DNA of 25,662 nucleotides from a virus. Lineage: Duplodnaviria > Caudoviricetes. The DNA is taken from the IMG/VR virus record IMGVR_UViG_3300008085_000114, positions 1-25,662 of that record; one strand, given 5' to 3'. A model generated the notes under the pieces. The model worked only from the letters and a program-made list of their open reading frames with translations, searched no databases and was not told where the DNA came from. A program made the translations under genes and the position numbers. This document shows, in pieces, positions 8,350 through 16,950 of the stretch. Position 1 is the first letter of the stretch; each line of letters starts with the position of its first letter.

Positions 8350-9069
8350 ATGACCGATAAAATTACTTTCCTTGACAAAGCCTATGACCGTGCAACTCTC
8401 GAAAGCATGGATGATGAGGCTCTGCTCAAACTTCGCAATCTCGTTGCAGCAAATCTTGGTGTTGCAACTGTGAAAGCATTCAAAGATCATACGACTGCTG
8501 TCGAGCAAACTTTGAAAGCATTGCAGAAATATGAAGCTGAAGCAGATGGTAAAGCTCCAGCCAAGAAAGCTCCGAAAGAGCCAAAAGAGCCGAAAGATCG
8601 TAGACTTACAAAACCTGCTGAAGCACAGCATATCAAGCGTCCGACGAAGAAAATGTTTTCCATTGTGAAAATTGTCAAACCATTTGATGGTGAAGAAGAC
8701 CGTGCTCATCGTTCTGGTAATTACAAAGATGGTATGCTTATCATCAATGCAATTGAAGGTGAAGGCACTCTTCCTTGGGACATCTACAATTGGGAAAAAG
8801 CTGGTTACATGTCTGTAACTGAGCCTACCGATGAAGAATATGCTGAGCGTCGGGCCGCTTGGTATAAGGCAAGTGGTCGAGAAGACCCTGATCTTTCCAA
8901 GATGCAAGCCATTGCTAAACGTGCTGCTGAGAAAGAAGCAAAAGCTGCTGAACGTGAAGCCAAAAAAGCAGAACGTGAAGCTGAGAAAGCTGCCAAAGCC
9001 GAAGCTGCTGCAAAAGCAAAAGCTGAAAAAGAAGCAGCGAAAGCTGCAAAGGCTCAGGCTGCAGAATGA
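8350..9069 (+). CDS. Hypothetical protein with Lys/Ala/Glu-rich (histone H1/TolA-like) segments; possible DNA-binding protein
   Basis: ATG 8350 with SD GGAG; KAPAKKAPKEPKEPK linker and AEREAKKAEREAEKAAKAEAAAKAKA tail; its stop overlaps the start of the next gene (ATGA). Confidence 0.8.
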   Translation: MTDKITFLDKAYDRATLESMDDEALLKLRNLVAANLGVATVKAFKDHTTAVEQTLKALQKYEAEADGKAPAKKAPKEPKEPKDRRLTKPAEAQHIKRPTKKMFSIVKIVKPFDGEEDRAHRSGNYKDGMLIINAIEGEGTLPWDIYNWEKAGYMSVTEPTDEEYAERRAAWYKASGREDPDLSKMQAIAKRAAEKEAKAAEREAKKAEREAEKAAKAEAAAKAKAEKEAAKAAKAQAAE

Positions 9070-9974
9070 TGTCTCTTGATCATGCAGCATCGTTCTTTGA
9101 TTATCTCAATGAACGTGAAAGCGTCCGCCTTCGAAAGGAGGCAGGCGATTTCTTTCCATGGACTGAAGACAAGATTCTTCAGACATATAAATTCACCAAT
9201 GTTCGACGTCAGCATGACAAAACGAGCATGATGCTAAGGGAGCTATTCTACAAAGAACACTTTAATGATAATCGTGAAGCAATTCTATTGAATTGTGCTA
9301 CATTCAGATATTTCGGAACATATGAGTTTGCAACAGAAATAGGTTGGACTGATTGGGAAGACTTTACTGATGTTCATTGGGAAAATGTTAAAGAAACGGC
9401 TGCTGACAGACTCTCGAATAGAGAAAGAGTATTTACAGGAGCCTATGTTATCACGAACCAAGGTATATCTGCTCCGAAACAAGAAGTGGTGGTCGATTAC
9501 TTCCGCAAGAGTCTACAGACAAATATTTCCGAAATCATAGCATGTGCTGGTAGCTCTGATTCATGGGAAAAAACTGCAAAAATCATGATGACAATAAATG
9601 GTTTTGGTGGATCAGGATTCATGACCAAAGAAATTCTCATTGATACAACCTACACTGGTTTCTGGGGTAGATATCATGAAGAGCCTAATGAGTTGCCTCT
9701 AACTTTCCCTCGTGATTGGGATACATGGACACCTATTGGTCCTGGAGCATTGCGTGGAGCAGCGCGTGTTTCCGGAAACTATGCTGGAAAACCGTTCAAA
9801 AATGAACAAGCAATGGAAGTGATAATGCAATTGCATCATCTGCAAGATTCATTCTTTGAACACAATTTCAAACTATCTCCGACTGATATTCAATTCGGTC
9901 TGTGTGAGTTTGATAAATATGAGCGTGTTCGTCTTGGGCAAGGTAGACCTAGGAGTAGATATCATGCTTCCTAA
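9066..9974 (+). CDS. aGPT-Pplase1 family protein (5-hmdU DNA kinase helical domain, HhH glycosylase-like fold), stand-alone
   Basis: ER..R....G...PWTED.IL..YKFTNVRR..D, FRYF, FTGAY, GFGG.GFM.KE..ID, GPGA.RG, DIQF.LCEFDKY.R motifs; no P-loop/Walker A in the ORF. Confidence 0.8.
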   Translation: MMSLDHAASFFDYLNERESVRLRKEAGDFFPWTEDKILQTYKFTNVRRQHDKTSMMLRELFYKEHFNDNREAILLNCATFRYFGTYEFATEIGWTDWEDFTDVHWENVKETAADRLSNRERVFTGAYVITNQGISAPKQEVVVDYFRKSLQTNISEIIACAGSSDSWEKTAKIMMTINGFGGSGFMTKEILIDTTYTGFWGRYHEEPNELPLTFPRDWDTWTPIGPGALRGAARVSGNYAGKPFKNEQAMEVIMQLHHLQDSFFEHNFKLSPTDIQFGLCEFDKYERVRLGQGRPRSRYHAS

Positions 9975-10161
9975 CTATGCTCTATTTCTTATTTGGTGGT
10001 TTATTTGTTATTGGTTACTTTTAACATGGTATGATAATGAAATTAAAAAAGGAAGAAAACCTAAGATGAATCCGCTCGTTGCAATCATCTTATTTATAAT
10101 GTCTGGTTTCACTCCTTTCATAGCAATCTTTCTCTTGTTTACAAAAAGGACAAAAAGTTAG
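9964..10161 (+). CDS. Small two-TM membrane protein
   Basis: ATG 9964 with SD AGGAG at 9951; 65 aa with two hydrophobic helices separated by a basic loop. Confidence 0.65.
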   Translation: MLPNYALFLIWWFICYWLLLTWYDNEIKKGRKPKMNPLVAIILFIMSGFTPFIAIFLLFTKRTKS

Positions 10162-10164
10162 TAG

Positions 10165-10194
10165 TTGTCTTTTTAATTGTCCTAGCTTTATGCT
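10165..10194 (+). promoter_or_regulatory. Putative sigma70-like promoter for glycosyltransferase operon
   Basis: TTGTCT-18 bp-TATGCT; SD GGGAG before ATG 10222. Confidence 0.5.
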
Positions 10195-10221
10195 TACTTA
10201 ATACATAACCGGGAGATTTCC

Positions 10222-11505
10222 ATGAAAATATGCATCGCCTTCCATGCTTGCATGGACCTTGGAGGCATTATCAATCATACAGAACAATTAATTGGTGGCC
10301 TTGTTGATTTGGGTCATAGCGTCACTTTATTTGAAATGGTCTATGCTGATAATGCTGGAAGTCAAAATAAAATAGGTGACTTTGAACGTGGTCCAAGTGG
10401 GATTCCTTTTGATCAAGGAAAAGGTTGGAATTTCCCAAACAGAAACAGAATTGCCTATAAGACATTTGCTGGTGTGAATAGTGCAAAACAAATTCTAAAT
10501 GAATTTGATATAGTGATCTGGACAGTTCCAGTTGTTCCTAAAAATCAGCAACATCTTGGAAATGATAAATGGCCTGAGCTCTATGCTCTCGAACCAAGAG
10601 TAAAACAGATCGCTTTTATTCATGATGGTAACTGTCCACAAGGTTATCCACATATTTATCACATTGCAGAGCATTTGACTGGTCTAGCTTGTGTTCATTC
10701 TGCTGCAATGAATGGAGCTTCTAAAGTGCCAGTTCCTCGCGCAATGATACTAAATCCACAATATCAACCGATTAGAGAAATTACTGCTTGGTATGATAAG
10801 CATGAAGGTTTTGTATCTATGCAAACTTTCAAAGCATGGAAACGTGTTCATGAATTGATTGAAGCTATCTCTTATATGCCACCTCTTCAACGTGGTGAAT
10901 TAAGAGAAATAGCTGGCAAAGGAATTGAATATCAGTATATGACTTCTGAGAATAAATGCAAAGAAGCATATTATCATGATAATCCAGAAAAACCATTTCA
11001 TACAAGACGTATCTGGGATTCTGCTATTGAAAATGGCATGATTCATCATGAATATTGGAACACGAATGAAGTAGAAGAATGGCTATCAATGGCTCGTGTC
11101 CTTGTTGATCCATCTTGGTCAAAGAAATATGGCAAACTTGGTGGACATTGGAATCGTGTGATTGTTGATGCCATGATTCATTGTGTAATTCCAGTAGCTC
11201 ATAAGAAGCATATGGGTGAAGAACTTTTCCAAGCTGGAAAACACTATGTTGACTTAGATCCTGCAAGAGATGCACAAGATTATGCAGACATTATTCTTGA
11301 AGCAGGTAGTGATAATCTAATTCATGCTCAACATTATCGTGACTATGCACGTGAAGTTCTTCCAATGTTTGATCGTAAATCTGTAGCACAAAGATTGATC
11401 GATCTTGCATATGGAAACATTGAAACAGTCGTTGGTGAAATAGATCCAAAGACACATGAGAAATATGAAGAAATTATGTTCAGACATTTTGGAGTTTTGG
11501 TATGA
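10222..11505 (+). CDS. GT-B fold glycosyltransferase (GT4-like), candidate DNA base glycosyltransferase
   Basis: N-terminal MKICI....DLGGI..H...L..GL..LGHSV; WKRVHELIEA; C-terminal ARVLVDPS.....GHWNRVIVDAM..CVIPVA equivalent to the GT4 E-x7-E region; ATGA-coupled to the TS homologue. Confidence 0.82.
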   Translation: MKICIAFHACMDLGGIINHTEQLIGGLVDLGHSVTLFEMVYADNAGSQNKIGDFERGPSGIPFDQGKGWNFPNRNRIAYKTFAGVNSAKQILNEFDIVIWTVPVVPKNQQHLGNDKWPELYALEPRVKQIAFIHDGNCPQGYPHIYHIAEHLTGLACVHSAAMNGASKVPVPRAMILNPQYQPIREITAWYDKHEGFVSMQTFKAWKRVHELIEAISYMPPLQRGELREIAGKGIEYQYMTSENKCKEAYYHDNPEKPFHTRRIWDSAIENGMIHHEYWNTNEVEEWLSMARVLVDPSWSKKYGKLGGHWNRVIVDAMIHCVIPVAHKKHMGEELFQAGKHYVDLDPARDAQDYADIILEAGSDNLIHAQHYRDYAREVLPMFDRKSVAQRLIDLAYGNIETVVGEIDPKTHEKYEEIMFRHFGVLV

Positions 11506-12530
11506 AAGTTATAACAGCACAGAATGTGAATGAAGCTCTCCTCCTTGGGTTGCAAGCCCTTAAAGAAGAAGGTGTGAGGCGTGATTCAAGAAATGGTTCA
11601 GTTCTAGTTTTTCCTGGTCCAGTCACAACTCACTATAAACATCCAGAAAATAGAGTTTTATTTTATCCAGAACGTGATGCTAATCCTTATTTCCATTTTA
11701 TGGAAAGTTTGTGGATGCTTTCTGGTCGTCGTGATGTAGAGTTCCCTTCTCGTTTTGCAAGTAACATTATGAATTATACTGATGATGGTGTCAATTTTCA
11801 TGGAGCCTATGGCTATCGTTGGCGTAATCATTTCAATATTGTTGAGCTTACAAGAAATGGAATAAAAGAAGAAGTCGGAGTTCTTGATCAACTCGAGACT
11901 ATCGCTAATCTACTTCGTAAAAATCCTGATGATCGTCGTGTTGTGCTTCAAATGTGGGATGCAACTTGTGATCTCGGAATGGAAGGCAAAGACTTTCCTT
12001 GTAACTTGATCTGCACATTTCGTATTAATCCTTATGGTAAACTAGACATGTCTGTATTCAATCGCAGTAATGATATGATCTGGGGTGCTTATGGAGCAAA
12101 TGCTGTTCACTTCTCAGTATTGCAAGAAGTGATGGCTGCATGGGTGGGCGTTCCTATTGGAGGTTATTGGCAAGTTAGCACGAACTTTCACGCTTATGAA
12201 AATATACTTGATAAACATGGTGAAGTCGTTCATAATTGTCCAGGACATGATCCATATTGTTTAAATGAAGTTCAAAGCGAACCAATCGTTAATACTTCAA
12301 TTGAACAATGGTTTCAAGATCTGCAAATGTTTATGGAAGTTGGTCCAACTATCGGACTTAAAGATAAGTTCTTTAAAAAGACAGCAGTTCCAATGTTGCA
12401 ATCTTGGAATGCTTGGAAAGATAGAGAAAATCCAAATTTCAAAGAGAAAGCAATTTCTTTTGCTGATCAAATAAGTTCGCCTGATTGGCGTAGAGCTTGT
12501 AGAGAATGGTTGGGGCGTAGAATTAAATGA
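11502..12530 (+). CDS. Thymidylate synthase superfamily protein, likely dUMP hydroxymethylase
   Basis: SRNG, ESLWMLSG, YGYRWR, DQL, DDRR, catalytic PC(N), RSNDMIWGAYGAN. It has Asn at the dUMP-specificity position, and PCN rather than the PCH of ThyA. Confidence 0.82.
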   Translation: MKVITAQNVNEALLLGLQALKEEGVRRDSRNGSVLVFPGPVTTHYKHPENRVLFYPERDANPYFHFMESLWMLSGRRDVEFPSRFASNIMNYTDDGVNFHGAYGYRWRNHFNIVELTRNGIKEEVGVLDQLETIANLLRKNPDDRRVVLQMWDATCDLGMEGKDFPCNLICTFRINPYGKLDMSVFNRSNDMIWGAYGANAVHFSVLQEVMAAWVGVPIGGYWQVSTNFHAYENILDKHGEVVHNCPGHDPYCLNEVQSEPIVNTSIEQWFQDLQMFMEVGPTIGLKDKFFKKTAVPMLQSWNAWKDRENPNFKEKAISFADQISSPDWRRACREWLGRRIK

Positions 12531-13084
12531 AAACATATCCTCATGTAGAAACAATTACTCAGAAAATAAAATTTATGAGAGAAGCAGGTGCAGTTCGTCG
12601 TTGCCACACTATGCCTGTAATTGGTGAATATAATGTCGGCATTCATGTCTATAATATGTTGTCTATGCTTAGAATTCTTTGGACATCAGCACCAAACTCT
12701 CTCATATGGGCTATTCTCGAACATGATGCACCAGAACGTTTGACAGGTGATATTCCTGCTCCTGTAAAATGGTTTGGTATAATAGATAGAGAAATACTTG
12801 ACAAGATTGAACAATCAATAATGCTTGATACTTTAGAGTATGATTATATTGGAGAATTAAGTAAGAATGAGCAAGCATGGTTTCATTCTCTTGATATTTT
12901 TGAATTAGCACTATTTTGTCGTGATCAAATAATGCTAGGAAATCGTAACTTCGAAGTCATGCTTGAACGTATTCATAAATATGTCACAAATAATTCTGCA
13001 AAATTAGAACCTATAGTTCTAGATGTTTATTGGGAGTCTTTGAAATATGATTGGTCAATGCTTCCTGATTTAGGAGATGTGTGA
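12527..13084 (+). CDS. HD-domain deoxynucleotide phosphohydrolase (YfbR/DatZ-like)
   Basis: VRRCH...NVG.H, AILEHD.PE.LTGDIPAPVK, distal D.FE. Confidence 0.85.
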   Translation: MKTYPHVETITQKIKFMREAGAVRRCHTMPVIGEYNVGIHVYNMLSMLRILWTSAPNSLIWAILEHDAPERLTGDIPAPVKWFGIIDREILDKIEQSIMLDTLEYDYIGELSKNEQAWFHSLDIFELALFCRDQIMLGNRNFEVMLERIHKYVTNNSAKLEPIVLDVYWESLKYDWSMLPDLGDV

Positions 13085-13851
13085 TGGGAAACTCTAATTG
13101 TGATTTCTGTGGTTATGATAAACGAATGTGTATTTGTAAAGACAAAGTATCTTATGTAGCCCAAGAAGGTGGTGATCATTACCAAGCAGACTATCAACAT
13201 TGGGATTGGGTCATTGATTGTAAGATTCATTATCTGCCAGCAAATTGCACAAAGTATGTTTCTCGTTGGAAAAAGAAAAATGGTATAGTTGATCTTAAGA
13301 AAGCTATGACTTATATTGATAAAATGATAGCAACTCTTAAAGATAGACCAACATATACTTTTAATCCTCCAAGTGCATATACGACTGGTGTATGCACAGA
13401 TCGTTTAATAGAAACTCTCAAACTAAATGGATTAGAGCGTTCTATTATTGAGATTCTCAGTGGTCCTTGTCATATCAGGATGCTTGAACTTGCAAAAGAA
13501 AATTTAGACAAACTTATTAGGAACGCTCAGAGGACGCAGGAGGCACAAGCTGATGCTGCTGGCATGGTTACGCCTGCCGCACAAACAAGTGCATCCCTGG
13601 ACCAAAAAACAGGCCTCCCCGGACGTGCTGGCGGCACCACTACCCAAGCACTTGCATCCAACGCGTCCACAGAACTCGCATATAAAACATTCGGTGCTTG
13701 TCCATGTGGTTGTGGACGTCCAAGAAGGAAAAATATGGATTTCGCCTCTGATGATTGTATTGATAGTAGAACAATAGAAGGTATGAAGAACCCGTTTGGT
13801 TATAATGAAGATGGAGAGAAAAATGAGAGAAATCAATGTAGGGAAAATTAA
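13081..13851 (+). CDS. DUF3310 (T7 gp1.7-like nucleotide kinase) domain protein with Cys clusters
   Basis: GGDHY......WDW, N..KYVSRWKKKNGIVDLKKA..YI motif; N-terminal CDFC..CIC and C-terminal CPCGCG. Start is GTG 13081 or ATG 13084. Confidence 0.75.
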   Translation: MMGNSNCDFCGYDKRMCICKDKVSYVAQEGGDHYQADYQHWDWVIDCKIHYLPANCTKYVSRWKKKNGIVDLKKAMTYIDKMIATLKDRPTYTFNPPSAYTTGVCTDRLIETLKLNGLERSIIEILSGPCHIRMLELAKENLDKLIRNAQRTQEAQADAAGMVTPAAQTSASLDQKTGLPGRAGGTTTQALASNASTELAYKTFGACPCGCGRPRRKNMDFASDDCIDSRTIEGMKNPFGYNEDGEKNERNQCREN

Positions 13852-13874
13852 ACAGCCGAGAAAGGCATTGGTTG

Positions 13875-15953
13875 ATGGTCGCTCGTAAGAAAACAGACCC
13901 TAATAGTGGTGGATCTCTTCAGCTTGGGTTTTTCACTCCAGAGTCTAAATGGGAACCACCTTCTTTATCAGATCTTCCATCTTGGAAAGGTGCAAAAAGG
14001 ATAGCAATAGATGCAGAAACCAGAGATCCTTCAATCGCAAATAATCTTGGAAGCGGAGCCCTACGAGACGGATATACAGTTGGATGGGGATTCGCTATTG
14101 AGGGAGGACCAAAACATTATCTTCCATTCCGCCACGAAGGAGGCGACAACTTACCTATCGAGGGCGTTCTCGGTTATCTTAGAGAACAAATTAAAAACTT
14201 TGATGGAGAGTTCGTGGGAGCCAACCTCGCCTATGATGTTGATTATGGATATAACGATGGATTTGATTGGCACCATGATGCGAAGTTCCGTGACATTCAA
14301 ATTGCAGACCCTCTCATCTATGAACTCCACAGATCCTATTCTCTTGCAAATATTGGACAAAGATGCGGTATCGAAGCTAAAGATGAATCCACACTTTTGG
14401 AAGCTGCAGAATCTTACGGTCTCGATCCAAAGAAAGGATTGTGGAGACTTCCTGCGAGATATGTAGGTGCTTATGGAGAACAAGATGTTACATCTCCATT
14501 AGAAATTCTACGCAAGCAAGAAAAAGAAATTCAGAAACTTAATCTACAACAAATCTGGGATTTAGAAACAAGGACTTTACCAGTTCTTGTTCGTATGAGA
14601 AGACGTGGCGTTAGAATTGATTTTGATAAACTATCTCAGATTGAAGAGTGGTCTATCAAAGAAGAAACAAAAGCACTTGATTACATTCGTAGAGAAACTG
14701 GTATTCATATTGGATTTGGAGAAGTCTGGAAAGCCGTAGCTCTTGCTCCAGCACTACAGGCAATAGGGATGCGTCTACAAAAAACTGCGACAGGAGCTCC
14801 ACAGATTGATAGGTTCCTTTTGGGCAGTAATAATCATCCTGTATGTGAAGCTATTCTAAGGGCACGAAAAGTCAACAAACTTAGAACTACTTTTGCTGAG
14901 AGTATTAGAAAATATGCAGTCAATGGAAGAATTCATTGTTCTTTCAGACAAATTGCTGCTGAAACAGAGAGTGGTGAACAGAAGGGTGTGCGTTATGGCA
15001 GACTTTCTGCGATTGATCCTAATCTACAACAACAACCAAGTCCAGACAGAGATCCTGAAATCGCTGGAGAATGGCGTAAGATTTTCATACCAGAAGAAGG
15101 AGCATTGTGGGGAGTTAATGACTATTCTCAACAAGAACCTCGTTGGACGACACACTTTGCAGCAGTCTTAGATCTACCAAGAGCAAGAGAAGCTGCTGAA
15201 AGATATCAGAATAATCCTGATACTGATAACCATGATATGATGACTAGGCTAGTTTATGGTGATTCTCAAGTAGATCAATGGTATTTGAATGACCCAAAAG
15301 GATCATATAAAGTTCATCGTGGTTATTCGAAGAATATTTTCCTTGGACTTTGCTATGGTGAGGGTGGACCTAAACTTGCTCGTGATTTGAGTAAGCCTAC
15401 AAGATGGGCTGTGAGTTATGGATGGGGTTCAGACAAACGAATTGAGTTTTTCAAAACTCAGCATGATGCGATGCAATATAAATTTGAAATTCAGAAAGGC
15501 TTTGTTCGAGAAATGGCTGGAGAAGAAGCACAGCTAATTCTCGATAATTTTGATAAAGAAGTTCCTTATGTTCGAGAACTTGCTAGGGCAGCAACTAAAA
15601 GAGCAGAAGCTCGTGGTTTTGTAAACACAATCTTAGGAAGACGTTTGAACTTTGAAACTAGAGATGATGGAACTTTCGATTATACACATAAAGCATTGAA
15701 TAGAATTATTCAAGGATCCTCTGCAGATCAAACTAAATTAGCTATATGTGAAATTGATAGAGCTGGTCATTTTCTACAACTGCAAGTTCATGATGAAACG
15801 GATGGCAGTTATGCTGATGTCACAGAAGCTAAAACAGTTGGTGATATCATGAGAGATTGTATCAGGGATACATATCCAGGAAAACTCTGGGTTCCTTTTA
15901 AAGTTGATACAGAAGTTGGCCAATCATGGGGCGAGATCATGGGTGTGAAATGA
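13875..15953 (+). CDS. polA: Family A DNA polymerase with 3'-5' exonuclease domain
   Basis: ExoI IAIDAET, ExoII NLAYD, ExoIII YGEQD; GRLS...PNLQQ; motif A DYSQQEPR; motif B R...K...LGLCYG; IQGSSAD; motif C QVHDE. Confidence 0.95.
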   Translation: MVARKKTDPNSGGSLQLGFFTPESKWEPPSLSDLPSWKGAKRIAIDAETRDPSIANNLGSGALRDGYTVGWGFAIEGGPKHYLPFRHEGGDNLPIEGVLGYLREQIKNFDGEFVGANLAYDVDYGYNDGFDWHHDAKFRDIQIADPLIYELHRSYSLANIGQRCGIEAKDESTLLEAAESYGLDPKKGLWRLPARYVGAYGEQDVTSPLEILRKQEKEIQKLNLQQIWDLETRTLPVLVRMRRRGVRIDFDKLSQIEEWSIKEETKALDYIRRETGIHIGFGEVWKAVALAPALQAIGMRLQKTATGAPQIDRFLLGSNNHPVCEAILRARKVNKLRTTFAESIRKYAVNGRIHCSFRQIAAETESGEQKGVRYGRLSAIDPNLQQQPSPDRDPEIAGEWRKIFIPEEGALWGVNDYSQQEPRWTTHFAAVLDLPRAREAAERYQNNPDTDNHDMMTRLVYGDSQVDQWYLNDPKGSYKVHRGYSKNIFLGLCYGEGGPKLARDLSKPTRWAVSYGWGSDKRIEFFKTQHDAMQYKFEIQKGFVREMAGEEAQLILDNFDKEVPYVRELARAATKRAEARGFVNTILGRRLNFETRDDGTFDYTHKALNRIIQGSSADQTKLAICEIDRAGHFLQLQVHDETDGSYADVTEAKTVGDIMRDCIRDTYPGKLWVPFKVDTEVGQSWGEIMGVK

Positions 15954-16222
15954 GCGTCGAGGTAACAGTCAAGTTCAGTGATTTGAAATATACTCGTTAT
16001 GAATACTGGCTCAATGACACGACTTTGTATTTGAACAAGATGTTGGTTCTTGAAAGACTGACTACACGACACAAGCTGAAAGTCGATTTCAGGAATTCTT
16101 ATTTCAGAGTTGACCATGGATACTACGGTATCAAAGAAGAACCTGATGTCGAAATTGAAATACAGCAAGAGGCGCTCCGTATAGCAAGGGGCATGATCAA
16201 AGTAGAAAGATGGATCAAATGA
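15950..16222 (+). CDS. Hypothetical protein
   Basis: 90-aa ORF coupled by ATGA overlaps to polA and to the methyltransferase gene. Confidence 0.7.
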   Translation: MSVEVTVKFSDLKYTRYEYWLNDTTLYLNKMLVLERLTTRHKLKVDFRNSYFRVDHGYYGIKEEPDVEIEIQQEALRIARGMIKVERWIK

Positions 16223-16950
16223 AATATGGTGTCTTAGTTGATGGAGAGTTTGAACAACGTGATATCGTTGAAATGTATGCAAAAGGATTTTCTCATCCCA
16301 TGTATGGAAGATCTGATACATTTGATCATTATGTAATGAAAGAAATCAATAGAAGCTATGGTAAGCTAGAAGTAGAAAACAAAGTTGTTCTTGATGTTGG
16401 AGCAAATATAGGAGCTTTCTCTTGTTGGGCGTTAGAAAGAAATCCTTCTCATGTTATTTGTCTAGAGCCAGAAGTAAATAATTTTCAAATGTTGAAACTC
16501 AACGTCTCATACTTTTCTAATGAAAATGTGGAAAATCCATTTACTCTGCATAATGTTGCTCTGCACTCTGAGTATAGTGGTCCAGAGAAATTGTATCTTG
16601 CGAAAAGTGGTAAAAATCCTGGAAATTCTAGCACGACAGAAAGGAGAGGAAGAATTGAAATACCAATTGATATGATGTCTGTGTCACAATTAAAAGAGTA
16701 TCATCCTGTTATCAATGCTGCAAAAGTGGATTGTGAAGGTGCTGAATATGAATTCATGAAAACATTTATTGAAGCATATCCTGATTTGGAGCAAATAGCT
16801 TTAGAAATTCATATAAATGGATTTGATCTACAAAAAGCAAAAGATCTAAATCAAATGATGATCGATAATGGATTTGAAACTCAAGTTTTTCCAAGACTTC
16901 ATAACAATAGACTATGGCAAACTCTAGCTACATATAGGAGACCGAAATGA
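16219..16950 (+). CDS. FkbM-family SAM-dependent methyltransferase
   Basis: VVLDVGANIGAFS, LEPE..NF..L..N, KVDCEGAEYE, ALEIH. Start is 16219 (ATGA overlap) or 16210. Confidence 0.88.
   Translation: MKYGVLVDGEFEQRDIVEMYAKGFSHPMYGRSDTFDHYVMKEINRSYGKLEVENKVVLDVGANIGAFSCWALERNPSHVICLEPEVNNFQMLKLNVSYFSNENVENPFTLHNVALHSEYSGPEKLYLAKSGKNPGNSSTTERRGRIEIPIDMMSVSQLKEYHPVINAAKVDCEGAEYEFMKTFIEAYPDLEQIALEIHINGFDLQKAKDLNQMMIDNGFETQVFPRLHNNRLWQTLATYRRPK

Noticed and set aside
8344-9090. 248-aa minus-strand ORF and the other minus-strand or nested ORFs in the track
   Set aside because: These are antisense shadows of + strand genes (here of Lys/Ala/Glu codons), with no recognisable motifs.
11502-12530. dCMP hydroxymethylase with T4-like glucosyl-hmC pathway
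   Set aside because: The specificity residue after RSND...G is Asn rather than Asp, and a dCTP deaminase would feed dUMP. Disfavoured, though not excluded without assay.
12527-13084. Z-genome (2-aminoadenine) system suggested by a DatZ-like HD protein next to PolA
   Set aside because: No PurZ/adenylosuccinate synthetase homologue in the window, and the neighbouring genes point to pyrimidine modification.
13823-13888. 21-codon ORF MREINVGKIKQPRKALVDGRS bridging DUF3310 and polA
   Set aside because: It has a GGAG upstream but is too short and overlaps both neighbours; cannot be supported from sequence alone.
16219-16950. DNA adenine or cytosine methyltransferase
   Set aside because: Lacks DPPY/NPPY and PC/ENV motifs; has the FkbM signature instead.
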